Below are positions 8,437 to 17,840 of a stretch of 64,000 nucleotides of DNA, in pieces. The notes beneath the pieces were generated by a model. The model did no database searches and was not told the origin of the DNA. It saw only the letters and a list, made by a program, of their open reading frames with translations. The DNA is from Clostridiales bacterium (GTDB taxonomy: Bacteria; Bacillota; Clostridia; Oscillospirales; Acutalibacteraceae). The position numbers and the translations under genes were made by a program. The DNA is taken from the NCBI GenBank assembly GCA_022800315.1, contig JAAWQC010000007.1, positions 6,907-70,906 of the forward strand, written 5' to 3'. The first letter of the stretch is position 1, and every line of letters begins with the position of its first letter.

Positions 8437-10281
8437 TCAATCGTTCGTGCTGTGTTGAAACGTCGGTACCAGCTCGTGCAGGCAGGACAGTATCTCTTCC
8501 ACGTCGTCGCTGTCCATCACCCGCTTGATCGCGTTGAGCTTATCTATAAACTCGTCGATTTTAACCGGGATCTGACTGCCGATAAATATCTTATGATTCA
8601 TGGTGGACTGGAGGCCTTCCTCACTCATCAGCAGCTCCTCGAACAGCTTTTCGCCGGGACGCAGACCGGTGAAGATGATATTGATATCACGATAAGGCTC
8701 CTTGCCGTACTGGCGGATCAGGTTTTCTGCCAGTGTGACGATCTTGACCGGCTGCCCCATATCCAACACAAAGATTTCGCCGCCTTTGGCCATGGAGCCC
8801 GCCTGCAGGATCAAAGACACCGCCTCGGGTATCGTCATGAAATAGCGGATAATATCGGGATGGGTAACGGTAACCGGACCGCCGTCCTCAATCTGTTTGC
8901 GGAACAGGGGAATGACCGAGCCGTTAGAGCCCAGTACGTTACCGAACCGCACCGCCACGTATTCGGTGCCGGTGGACTGCTCCGCCATATACTGCATGAT
9001 CATTTCGCAGCAGCGTTTGGTAGCCCCCATCACATTGGTGGGATTCACCGCCTTATCGGTGGAAACCAGCACAAACTTTTTAATGCGGTAGAGGTCGGCC
9101 AGATTGGCTACGTTAAAGGTACCGATGATGTTGTTTTTCACCGCTTCCTCGGGGTTGGTCTCCATCAGGGGTACGTGTTTATGGGCCGCCGCATGGAATA
9201 CCACCGTCGGGCGGAACCGGCGGAACAGCTGATCCATCTTCTTGAAATCACGCACCGACGCAATCTGGACGGTCATGTTCAGATCGCTGTGGTATTCCCG
9301 CAGCAGCTCCTGCTGAATCTCGTAGGCATTGTTTTCATAAATATCCACGATGACGAGCAGCTTCGGGCGGTAGCGGGCAATCTGCCGGCAAAGCTCCGAG
9401 CCAATGGACCCGCCGCCGCCGGTGACCATGCAAACCTCGTCCTGTATGAATGAGGCCACTTCGCTGTTGTCGAACTGAATGGGCTCCCGGCCCAGCAGAT
9501 CCTCGATCCGCATCTCCTTGGCCTGGTTCAGCAGTCCCTGATCCTCGATCATAGTGTGGAGATACGGCAGCATTTTGATCTTCCGGCCGGTGCTGGTGCA
9601 TATCTGCAGGATGCGCTTACGATCCTCCTCGTCAATGGAGGGCATGGCGAACAGGATCACGTCAACCTGCAGCTGATCGCACAATTCGGGTATGCGGGCG
9701 GTGGGGCCGTAAACCCGTACGCCGCTGATACTGCGGGAGATTTTTTCCTTACTGTCGTCCACGATGCACACCGGATAATAGGGACAATCGGTCCCCAGCA
9801 TCTCCGACAGGATGGTTTTGCATGCCTGGCCGGCGCCAACAATCATAGTCCTGTCCCGCAGGGGTTTGCCCCAATGGCGGTTGGTGACGAGATACAGGGA
9901 CTGGTACAGCATGCGCATACTGACGATCAGGACATTGCTCAGCAAAAAGGCCAGTACCATATAGATGTTCGACCGGAAGTCCTTTTCCACCGTCAGCACC
10001 GTCAGGATATAGCTGGCGGCCGTGCCCACACACAGGCTGAGAATGCAGGAAACAAAATCACGGGAGTTGGCATACCGCCAAATACTGCGGTAGGCGCCGG
10101 ACAAACCCAGCGCCAGCAGATTGCAGGCGGTAAAGTTGACGATTTGCCAATACATGTTTTCCGGTTCCAGATTGACAATCGTCAGTGTATTGGACAGAAA
10201 ATACGCCGCAAAACACGCCAGAATCAGGGTCAGCATATCAATCAGGATCAACAGGCTCTTCCGTGTGTTAAACTTTTTCAT
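8437..10281 (-). CDS. Membrane-anchored UDP-GlcNAc 4,6-dehydratase (CapD/PglF family)
   Basis: 614 aa: four N-terminal TMs, then two Rossmann regions (VTGGGGSIGSEL) and the conserved CapD core. Confidence 0.9.
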   Translation of the reverse strand: MKKFNTRKSLLILIDMLTLILACFAAYFLSNTLTIVNLEPENMYWQIVNFTACNLLALGLSGAYRSIWRYANSRDFVSCILSLCVGTAASYILTVLTVEKDFRSNIYMVLAFLLSNVLIVSMRMLYQSLYLVTNRHWGKPLRDRTMIVGAGQACKTILSEMLGTDCPYYPVCIVDDSKEKISRSISGVRVYGPTARIPELCDQLQVDVILFAMPSIDEEDRKRILQICTSTGRKIKMLPYLHTMIEDQGLLNQAKEMRIEDLLGREPIQFDNSEVASFIQDEVCMVTGGGGSIGSELCRQIARYRPKLLVIVDIYENNAYEIQQELLREYHSDLNMTVQIASVRDFKKMDQLFRRFRPTVVFHAAAHKHVPLMETNPEEAVKNNIIGTFNVANLADLYRIKKFVLVSTDKAVNPTNVMGATKRCCEMIMQYMAEQSTGTEYVAVRFGNVLGSNGSVIPLFRKQIEDGGPVTVTHPDIIRYFMTIPEAVSLILQAGSMAKGGEIFVLDMGQPVKIVTLAENLIRQYGKEPYRDINIIFTGLRPGEKLFEELLMSEEGLQSTMNHKIFIGSQIPVKIDEFIDKLNAIKRVMDSDDVEEILSCLHELVPTFQHSTND

Positions 10282-10797
10282 GTCATCGTTTCCTTTACAA
10301 AGGTTCGTACCGGCTCTACACCTGCTAGTATAGGACTATTTTCTTCATTATAACAGATACTGGAAGATTTCATCTTTGCCGTTAGCAGACATTTGGGCAC
10401 CGTAGGTCAAAAGAGGCAGACTTCTTCTTATACGATACAACTAATGAATTATACCAATTTCGACATTTAGTGTCAACCGACCATCGTCTGGAAACAGGGG
10501 AGTATTAATGTCCAATGCATGCAGGGAGCGGCTTTTCACAAAGGAAAGCGTAAACACCCGTGGAAGCAGGCGTTAAGCGAAGGCTGCCACGATTCATTAT
10601 CGCTGATCACTGCTGATCGAAGGGAGACCCAGTCTGACAAACCGAATTTTCGCCCTTTTATTTATCTCAACGGGACTATATTAATATCTTATAAGGATAA
10701 TGTCAACACTAAAAAACTTGTTTGGAATATTTTGTTAGCTATATTCGGGAAAATGCTATACTTTAACTATCTCATTTGGACACAATTGGGGGATAAT

Positions 10798-11154
10798 ATG
10801 GATTTTTCCACCCGTTTACGAGAACTGCGAGTCAGTCACGATATGCTGCAGCAGGAACTGGCCGATTTGCTGAATATGAAACCGAGCGCCGTATCTAAGT
10901 ATGAAAAAGGATTGACACAGCCCAGTCTGGACACGCTGATCCGTCTTGCAGATATCTTCCATGTAAGTGTGGATTTTCTAGTAGGAGTTTCCAGTGTGGA
11001 AAATCCCTACGAGAAAAGCCAGCTGTCCCCGCGGGAGGCAGATGTCATTCTGCGGTTTCGCCGTCTGTCCTATGAAAACAAGATACGGATTGACGAACGG
11101 ATCAACGCGCTGCTGGATACACAGACCGGCCGTACCTATACCGATAAATCCTGA
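10798..11154 (+). CDS. XRE-family HTH transcriptional regulator
   Basis: MDFSTRLRELRVSHDMLQQELADLLNMKPSAVSKYEKGLTQPSLDTLIRLADIFHVSVDFLVG. Internal ATG at 10798 with a GGGGGA RBS; the longer track ORF from 10519 has no support. Confidence 0.8.
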   Translation: MDFSTRLRELRVSHDMLQQELADLLNMKPSAVSKYEKGLTQPSLDTLIRLADIFHVSVDFLVGVSSVENPYEKSQLSPREADVILRFRRLSYENKIRIDERINALLDTQTGRTYTDKS

Positions 11155-11175
11155 ATCTTTTTCGGCATGACCGGT

Positions 11176-11210
11176 AAAAGCCCTCCATTCGGTGTGAATG
11201 GAGGGCTTTT
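11176..11210. terminator. Bidirectional intrinsic terminator between convergent genes
   Basis: 15-bp stem AAAAGCCCTCCATTC / GAATGGAGGGCTTTT with a 5-nt loop. A-run on one side and T-run on the other. Confidence 0.7.
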
Positions 11211-11489
11211 CTACCCCTTATGTACAGTTTCCTTTTCCTCAGGCATAGTCTTCCCTGTCTGTACAGACAGGGCCCCCTCCCGCGGTTTTCTCCCGAACAA
11301 CAGCTTAAAACGGCTTATGCGGTGAATCCTGACAACGAGATTTTCAACCCCGCCACAGGATCCGCAGGGATGAGGGTAATATAAATAGACGCAGTCTTTT
11401 GGCTGTAAATTCAGCCCGAACAGGCGGTTGATGCATTTGCGGCACATGCCGGGACCGATAGTTCGTTTGAAACGGGAATAGGTGATCAT
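11211..11489 (-). CDS. Small hypothetical protein with a putative 4-Cys zinc ribbon (CxxC...CxxC)
   Basis: 92-aa ORF with a strong AAGGAG RBS 8 nt upstream. Contains CRKC and CGSC pairs. No family recognised. Confidence 0.45.
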   Translation of the reverse strand: MITYSRFKRTIGPGMCRKCINRLFGLNLQPKDCVYLYYPHPCGSCGGVENLVVRIHRISRFKLLFGRKPREGALSVQTGKTMPEEKETVHKG

Positions 11490-11619
11490 GATTGATTATC
11501 TCCTTTTTCCGGCCTATCGAGTCAATTCCATTATGATAGCGATCACATGAATTTCGTGTCGATTTTCGGTATTATTTGGTTCCTTGTCTCTTTATGCCGT
11601 GACGGCACGGCACGGTTTC

Positions 11620-11796
11620 CTAATTGGAGAAAGATTCTTTCAATGACTCACGAACACAGGCGCCACTCTCAATGTGCTGCTGGTCCAGCATACCCCTGAT
11701 ATAAATCTGTATTTTTTCTATCAATTCTTCGTCCTGAATCTGCTCGACCTGCGAACGCAGTTGCTTTTGTGCCTGAGTCATCGTTTTCACCGCCAT
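11620..11796 (-). CDS. Possible small ORF (58 aa, or 53 aa from the second ATG), hypothetical
   Basis: Not in the ORF track (under 60 aa). Translates as MAVKTMTQAQKQLRSQVEQIQDEELIEKIQIYIRGMLDQQHIESGACVRESLKESFSN. Same strand as, and upstream of, the zinc-ribbon ORF. RBS is weak. Confidence 0.2.
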   Translation of the reverse strand: MAVKTMTQAQKQLRSQVEQIQDEELIEKIQIYIRGMLDQQHIESGACVRESLKESFSN

Positions 11797-11863
11797 ATAT
11801 TGCTTTTGTCAATATTATACATTGCTTTTATCAATTGGTCAAGAGTTTTTAAAGAGAGATGCG

Positions 11864-11892
11864 TTGACATAAGCAACAGCATTTGTTATGCT
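11864..11892 (+). promoter_or_regulatory. Sigma70-type promoter for the XRE gene at 11916
   Basis: TTGACA (11864-11869), 17 nt, TATGCT (11887-11892), followed by a GAGGTGAGGA RBS and a TTG start. Confidence 0.5.
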
Positions 11893-11915
11893 AACTTTTA
11901 TGAGGTGAGGATACA

Positions 11916-12248
11916 TTGATCAATGATCGGCTGAAAATCCTGTTAAGTGAGCTTCGGCTGTCGCAGCGGCAGTTCGCTTTGAAAATAAATTTGGACCCCG
12001 GCTATTTTTCCCGTATCATCCAGGGGAAGGTGACCCCGCCCGATCGGATACTCCTCCTGATCGAAAACGTGTTCCACGTCAATCCCCAATGGCTGGAATC
12101 CGGCGAGGGTCCTGTTTTTGTCAGCCAGGGACGTTCGCGGGCGAAGCAGCAGGTGCTGGAAACCATTGATCTGCTCAGCGACGAGCAGGTGAAGGCGGTC
12201 TCCTCTTTTATCCGTTATCTGACCGAAGAGGAACCACCACAGGAATAA
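11916..12248 (+). CDS. XRE/CI-repressor-like HTH regulator
   Basis: TTG start. LSQRQFALKINLDPGYFSRIIQGKVTP HTH and a VNPQWLESGEGPVF motif typical of phage CI-type repressor N-domains. Confidence 0.75.
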   Translation: MINDRLKILLSELRLSQRQFALKINLDPGYFSRIIQGKVTPPDRILLLIENVFHVNPQWLESGEGPVFVSQGRSRAKQQVLETIDLLSDEQVKAVSSFIRYLTEEEPPQE

Positions 12249-12303
12249 AACAGAACACAGGCCCTGCAAAATTTCAGATTTTGCAGGGCCTGTGTTCTGT
12301 TTT
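12247..12303. terminator. Bidirectional terminator, 26-bp perfect inverted repeat
   Basis: AAAACAGAACACAGGCCCTGCAAAAT, loop ttcag, ATTTTGCAGGGCCTGTGTTCTGTTTT. It sits between convergent XRE and V-ATPase D genes. Confidence 0.8.
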
Positions 12304-12315
12304 ATACGGGTATTT

Positions 12316-12933
12316 TTATCGTTCCGCGTTTTTCTGCGCCTTGATCACCTTCAGACGGGAGAAGTCCTCCCGTTCCTTTTCTTCCAGCGAATCGGTGATA
12401 AATTTCACCGTGGCGGTAAAACGGGGAATGATAATATTTTTCAGGGCGTTTGCCCGCTTCTGCGTTTTGTTGACCGCCGTCGCCAGACGATAGACACTGT
12501 TTTCCACCTCGGCCAGTTCAGCGGTGAGCTTTTTCACCTGATCGAATTTGATATATGCCTCGTCTACCAGGGAACTGGTGGACATGAAACCGTAGGTCAG
12601 CTCCAGCGGCTGGGCATCCAGCTGCACCAGCGGGATTTCCACGCCCATCACGCTGCGGGTGGTCAGGCTGAGACCGTTCTCCACCGGCACCGCCTCGGCG
12701 ATATCCTCGCAGACGCCGTGGGCGATATTGGCTCGCTGCAGGGCGAGATACGCCTCCGCATAACAGGAATCGATGCTGGACTGAATCGCCTCCGCCCGGT
12801 CGATCAGCGCCATCATTTCCCGCACGATGATGTTGCGCTTGCGGTCCAACAGCTCAAAGCCCACCCTGGCCAGATCGAGTGATTTTTTGGTGCTGATCAG
12901 ATTGCCTTTTGTCGGGAAAACCTGTTCCGCCAT
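12316..12933 (-). CDS. atpD: V-type ATP synthase subunit D
   Basis: MAEQVFPTKGNLISTKKSLDLARVGFELLDRKRNIIVREM is the canonical V/A-ATPase D N-terminus. Last gene of the operon. Confidence 0.9.
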   Translation of the reverse strand: MAEQVFPTKGNLISTKKSLDLARVGFELLDRKRNIIVREMMALIDRAEAIQSSIDSCYAEAYLALQRANIAHGVCEDIAEAVPVENGLSLTTRSVMGVEIPLVQLDAQPLELTYGFMSTSSLVDEAYIKFDQVKKLTAELAEVENSVYRLATAVNKTQKRANALKNIIIPRFTATVKFITDSLEEKEREDFSRLKVIKAQKNAER

Positions 12934-12978
12934 AGGGGGTCACCTCCTGCCGCTGTCAATAGGTGAGTATTCATCTTA

Positions 12979-14397
12979 CTAAGCTTCGGTAGATACCTGG
13001 GGATGATAATGCTCGTCGAGCATCTTGTCGTCCACACGGTCCAGTTCCTCGCGGGGCAGGGTGGACAGCAGCTCCCAGCCTAGATCCAGCGTCTGGTCGA
13101 TGGTGCGGTTCTCATCTGGTCCCTGATTGACGTATTTCTGATCGAACAGACGGCCGAACTCCAGCAGCTTCTTGTCATTAGGGGACAGCTCTTCCTCGCC
13201 GATGACCGATGCGAGGGACCGGGCCTCCTGCACGCGGGCGTAGCAGGCGAACAGCTGGTTGGACACCGCCGCGTGATCGGCTCGGGTAAATCCCTCGCCG
13301 ATGCCATCCTTCATCAGACGGGAGAGAGACGGCAGCACCGATACCGGCGGGTAGATGCCGCTGTTGTCGAGGCTGCGGTCCAGCACGATCTGCCCCTCGG
13401 TGATATACCCCGTCAGATCGGGCACCGGGTGGGTGATGTCGTCGTTGGGCATGGTCAGAATCGGAATCTGTGTTACCGAGCCGCGACTGCCGTGGATCAT
13501 GCCGGCGCGTTCGTACAGAGAGGCCAGATCGGAATACAGATAGCCGGGATAGCCTTTCCGGCCGGGAATCTCGCCCTTGGAGGAGGAGAATTCCCGCAGT
13601 GCCTCCGCATAGGAGGTCATATCGGTCATAATGACCAGAATATGCTTGCCCAGATCAAAGGCCAGATACTCCGCCGCTGTCAGGGCGCAGCGGGGGGTCA
13701 GGATACGCTCGATAATAGGGTCGTTGGACAGGTTAAGGAACATGGTGACCCGCCCCAGCACGCCGCTTTCCTCGAAACTGCGGCGGAAATAATCGGCCAC
13801 ATCGTTGGTGACGCCCATGGCGGCGAATACGATGGCAAAGTCGCTGTCCCCGCCATCCTGATCGGCAATTTTCGCCTGCCGGACAATCTGGGCTGCCAGC
13901 TCGTTGTGCCGCATGCCCGAACCGGAGAAAATCGGCAGCTTCTGCCCGCGGATCAGGGTCATCATACAGTCGATGGAGGAAATGCCGGTGGCGATATAGT
14001 TGCGGGGATATACACGGGACACCGGGTTGATGGCGGTGCCGTTGATGTCGCGTGATACTGGCCTGCCGTCCTTTCCCATGGCGGGGAACAGAGCCCCCAG
14101 CCCGTCGGCTGGACGTCCGGCGCCATCAAAGATACGGCCCAGCAGCTCGGGGGACAACGGCATTTCCACTGGACGGCCGCGCAGACGGGTATGGGTATTG
14201 CTCAGGGAGATACCGTTGGTACCCTCGAATACCTGGATGACCGCCCGTTCGCCCTCCATCTGCACGATACGGCCGGAACGCTCGACGCCGCCCTCCATTC
14301 GGATGGTAACCGTCTCTTCGAAGGTAGCGCCCTTCACGCCGTCGATCGCGATCAGGGAACCGCTGATCTCCTTCACCCCGACATATTCAATAATCAT
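12979..14397 (-). CDS. atpB: V-type ATP synthase subunit B
   Basis: 472 aa with strong family signature ([43 protein letters not shown]). Confidence 0.95.
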   Translation of the reverse strand: MIIEYVGVKEISGSLIAIDGVKGATFEETVTIRMEGGVERSGRIVQMEGERAVIQVFEGTNGISLSNTHTRLRGRPVEMPLSPELLGRIFDGAGRPADGLGALFPAMGKDGRPVSRDINGTAINPVSRVYPRNYIATGISSIDCMMTLIRGQKLPIFSGSGMRHNELAAQIVRQAKIADQDGGDSDFAIVFAAMGVTNDVADYFRRSFEESGVLGRVTMFLNLSNDPIIERILTPRCALTAAEYLAFDLGKHILVIMTDMTSYAEALREFSSSKGEIPGRKGYPGYLYSDLASLYERAGMIHGSRGSVTQIPILTMPNDDITHPVPDLTGYITEGQIVLDRSLDNSGIYPPVSVLPSLSRLMKDGIGEGFTRADHAAVSNQLFACYARVQEARSLASVIGEEELSPNDKKLLEFGRLFDQKYVNQGPDENRTIDQTLDLGWELLSTLPREELDRVDDKMLDEHYHPQVSTEA

Positions 14398-14475
14398 GGA
14401 AGCCCCACGCCTTTCGGTGCCGTCCGGCCCTCCCCGCAGGGAACGGCCGAAGGAAGATTTTCAGTGATTCTGCGG

Positions 14476-16239
14476 TCAGTTCAGGCCGCGGAGAGTGTCG
14501 TCGATTTCTTTCAGGTATCCGTCCAGCAGCTCCAGCTGGTCGTTGGGCACGTCGTATTTGATACGGCTCACCTTGTCGAACAGGCCGGTGCCCGTGATAT
14601 GGGACAGCGGAATACCCTTGCCCACCAGTGACAGGGCCGTTTCGTGGAGATGGAGGATGACCCGCATCATCTTCAGCTGCTTCTCCAGCGGCACATAGGT
14701 GTCGTCCTGATGGTAGGCATTCTGCTGGAGGAACCCGACCCGGATCACACGGGCTGTCTCGATGACCAGCTTCTGATCGTCGGGCAGCACGTCGGAGCCG
14801 ATCAGCTTGACGATCTCCATCAGCTTGCTTTCTTCCTGCAGCAGGCGGGCGATCCGGCCGCGGCAGTCGATGAAGTCGGCGCCCACGTTCTTTTCGTACC
14901 AAGCGGACAGGTCGCCCAGATATTCGCTGTAGCTGGAGGTCCAGTTAATCGCGGGATAGTGACGGGCATAAGCCAGCGATTTATCCAGCGCCCAGAAGCA
15001 GCGGGTGAACCGCTTGGTGTTCTGGGTGACCGGTTCGGAGAAGTCGCTGCCCTGAGGGGAGACGGCGCCGATGATGGTGACGCTTCCCTTGTCGCCGCCC
15101 AGGGTCTCGGTCATACCGGCCCGCTCGTAGAACTCGGACAGGCGGGAGGGCAGATAGGCTGGAAAGCCTTCCTCCGCGGGCATTTCCTCCAGACGTCCCG
15201 ATATCTCACGAAGCGCCTCCGCCCACCGGGAGGTGGAGTCGGCCATGATCGCGACGTGGTATCCCATATCGCGGTAGTATTCCGCCAGGGTGATACCGGT
15301 ATAGATAGATGCCTCACGGGCGGCCACCGGCATATTGGAGGTGTTGGCAATGAGCACAGTGCGGTCGGTCATAGGCCGGCCCGACTTGGGGTCCACCAGA
15401 CTGGAGAACTCCTCCAGCACCTGGGACATCTCGTTGCCGCGCTCACCGCAGCCCACATAGACGATGATATCGGCATCACACCACTTCGCCAGCTGGTGCT
15501 GGGTCATGGTTTTCCCGGTACCGAAGCCTCCGGGGATAGCCGCCGTGCCGCCCTTGGCCACCGGGAAAAGTGTGTCGATGACCCGCTGACCCGTAATCAG
15601 GGGCGTCTCCGCATACAGGCGGCGCGCCACCGGACGGGGGGAACGGATGGACCACTTCTGGCACAGGGACAGCTCGTGCACCCCGCCGCCGTCGTCCTCC
15701 AGCACCACCACCGTGTCGTTGACCCGGTATTTGCCGTCGGGCTTCACCGTCTTCACCGTGCCGGACAGCCCTACGGGGGTCAGGCAGCGGTGTACGATGG
15801 CGGGGGTCTCGGGACAGGTGGCGTACACTGCGCCGGAGGCCAGACGGTCCCCCGCCTTTACCGTTACGGTCACGTCCCATTCCTTTTCCTCGTCGATGGC
15901 CGACACCGACACGCCGCGGCTGATGAAGTCGCCGGAGCGCTCTTCAATGGCCTTCAGAGGCCGCTCGATGCCGTCGAATATGTTGTCGAGGATACCGGGA
16001 CCCAGCGTGGCGCACAGGGGGCCGCCGGTCCCGTGAACCGGCTCGCCGGGATGCAGGCCGGTGGTGTTCTCATATACCTGGATGGTGGTCTCCTTCGCGT
16101 TGATGCCGATGACCTCGCCCACCAGTTTTTCGTCGCCCACCAGCACCATTTCCATCATGGACAGCCCCGTATCGCCCAGCAGGGTGACCACCGGCCCGTT
16201 GATGCCGTATATGCGGTTATTCGTCATAGTCAGGACCAT
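14476..16239 (-). CDS. atpA: V-type ATP synthase catalytic subunit A
   Basis: Walker [10 protein letters not shown] and the non-homologous-region insert typical of A subunits. Start set at ATG 16239 ([17 protein letters not shown]); the track start 16302 adds an unsupported basic extension. Confidence 0.9.
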   Translation of the reverse strand: MVLTMTNNRIYGINGPVVTLLGDTGLSMMEMVLVGDEKLVGEVIGINAKETTIQVYENTTGLHPGEPVHGTGGPLCATLGPGILDNIFDGIERPLKAIEERSGDFISRGVSVSAIDEEKEWDVTVTVKAGDRLASGAVYATCPETPAIVHRCLTPVGLSGTVKTVKPDGKYRVNDTVVVLEDDGGGVHELSLCQKWSIRSPRPVARRLYAETPLITGQRVIDTLFPVAKGGTAAIPGGFGTGKTMTQHQLAKWCDADIIVYVGCGERGNEMSQVLEEFSSLVDPKSGRPMTDRTVLIANTSNMPVAAREASIYTGITLAEYYRDMGYHVAIMADSTSRWAEALREISGRLEEMPAEEGFPAYLPSRLSEFYERAGMTETLGGDKGSVTIIGAVSPQGSDFSEPVTQNTKRFTRCFWALDKSLAYARHYPAINWTSSYSEYLGDLSAWYEKNVGADFIDCRGRIARLLQEESKLMEIVKLIGSDVLPDDQKLVIETARVIRVGFLQQNAYHQDDTYVPLEKQLKMMRVILHLHETALSLVGKGIPLSHITGTGLFDKVSRIKYDVPNDQLELLDGYLKEIDDTLRGLN

Positions 16240-16326
16240 GCCTTTCCGTGCCCTATTCCGCCGCTCTGCGAGCGGACGGACCGGCCTAGTATATCGGGGC
16301 ACCGAGTCCCCTTATCAACCTGTTGC

Positions 16327-16923
16327 TTATTCCAGAGTCAGACCGGAATAGGCGGTAAACCACTCCCGCTCCTTCTCCAGCTTCTGGTCCAGCGTATCGT
16401 CGGCAATGACGCCCGCCCGCCGGTTTTCGCCCCGGATGCCGCCCAGACGGATATCGTCGGTCAGTTCCAGACGGCCGTCGGCGGGACAGAGAGCTTTCAG
16501 CCCTTCCAGCAAGGCTTCATCCCCGCGGGAAAGGTAATATATCCGCTCCCCCTCAGGCAGCTTTTCAGTGATGGCGGCCATCGACTGCTTGAGCCCCTCG
16601 GCATAAGCGGGGGTTTTCGTATACGCCCGCAGCCGGTCGGCCGCTTCGGCAAACACCGACTCCATCCCGTCGCGGCGCTTTTCCAGCAGGTGGCTGCGAG
16701 CTTCCAGCTCCCGGCGGGAGACATCCCGGCTGCGGTCGCTGCGCATTTCGGCGCTCTCCTTCTGGATGAGCAGGTACGCGTCCTGCAGCACCTGCTGCTC
16801 CGCCTGATGGAGGCGCTCCGCTTTATAATCCTCCACCTCCTGGTGGATTTTCCGTGACTGCTCCTCCGCGTATTCGGTGATCGCGTCCACGAACTTGCTT
16901 ACTTTTTCGTCGTTGTTAGCCAT
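16327..16923 (-). CDS. atpE: V-type ATP synthase subunit E
   Basis: 198 aa with a long N-terminal charged helix plus a C-terminal globular domain. Positioned between F and A. Confidence 0.8.
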   Translation of the reverse strand: MANNDEKVSKFVDAITEYAEEQSRKIHQEVEDYKAERLHQAEQQVLQDAYLLIQKESAEMRSDRSRDVSRRELEARSHLLEKRRDGMESVFAEAADRLRAYTKTPAYAEGLKQSMAAITEKLPEGERIYYLSRGDEALLEGLKALCPADGRLELTDDIRLGGIRGENRRAGVIADDTLDQKLEKEREWFTAYSGLTLE

Positions 16924-17010
16924 ACCGTCGATTCACGCCTTTCTTGCGCTGTCGCCCCAAAAGGGAACGGCTGGGATTTGCACACGTTCCGCCGGCGCGG
17001 CGGAACGCCG

Positions 17011-17319
17011 TCAGATGCGGATGCCGATCGCCTCACGGACATAGCGGGTGATAGAATCCTTGGCACGCCCGTTGCCATGGCGGTCGGGAATTTCCACGAT
17101 CAGGGGACGGGAGCGGTTCAGCTTGAGTTCGTCCACCAGGTCGGAGCACTGGCGCACCAGATGCTCGGTCATCAGGATCACGGCGATGTCCTCCCGCTCC
17201 ATAGCGTCTGACAGGGCCTTATGTATCTCCTCGGCCTCGTGTACCACCACGCCCTCGATGCCGGCGAGGCGCATCCCCACCTTGGTGTCGATGTTGTCGC
17301 TGATTACGTAAAAACGCAT
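17011..17319 (-). CDS. atpF: V-type ATP synthase subunit F
   Basis: 102 aa, MRFYVISDNIDTKVGMRLAGIEGVVVHE...ILMTEHL is the typical F-subunit fold signature. Confidence 0.85.
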   Translation of the reverse strand: MRFYVISDNIDTKVGMRLAGIEGVVVHEAEEIHKALSDAMEREDIAVILMTEHLVRQCSDLVDELKLNRSRPLIVEIPDRHGNGRAKDSITRYVREAIGIRI

Positions 17320-17337
17320 ACGGGACCCGCCTTCCGT

Positions 17338-17778
17338 TTAAAGGACCAGGATCAGGATCGCGATCAACAGGCCGTAAAGGCCGAAGCCTTCGCCCAGCGC
17401 CACGAAGATGATGGATTTACCGAAGTTCTTGGGATCCTCGGCGGTGGCACCGATAGCCGCGGGAGCGGCGGATGCGACGGCGATACCGCCGCCGATGGTG
17501 CCGATGCCCACTGCCAGGGCGGCGCTGATGTACGCGATGCTCTTGTCGGTCATACCGCTCTTCACCGTTTCGCTCTGAGAGGTGCCATCCGCTCCCTCTT
17601 CCGGCGCGGCGGCGGCGCCCAGGGGCAGGGCGAAGCACAGGGCACTGATGACGATCAGGGACAAAAAGTGGATGGCCATGGCGCGCTTCGCGGGGGTGCC
17701 GCGGCGGACCAGCAGGACCGAGATGACCACCGAAGCCACCAGCAGGGCGGCGGGAAGCAGCAGATAAACGAGTGTCAT
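17338..17778 (-). CDS. atpK: V-type ATP synthase proteolipid subunit K (single c-hairpin with a non-homologous N-terminal two-TM extension)
   Basis: The C-terminal ~70 aa form a G-rich c-subunit hairpin (AVGIGTIGGGIAVA...FVALGEGFGLYGLLIA) carrying the conserved Glu. Strong AAGGAGG RBS before ATG 17778. Confidence 0.8.
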   Translation of the reverse strand: MTLVYLLLPAALLVASVVISVLLVRRGTPAKRAMAIHFLSLIVISALCFALPLGAAAAPEEGADGTSQSETVKSGMTDKSIAYISAALAVGIGTIGGGIAVASAAPAAIGATAEDPKNFGKSIIFVALGEGFGLYGLLIAILILVL

Positions 17779-17840
17779 AATACATTACCTCCTTAAATTA
17801 CACGGCAGGTGATCCCGCCGCTGTCAGACAAAACATAAAT

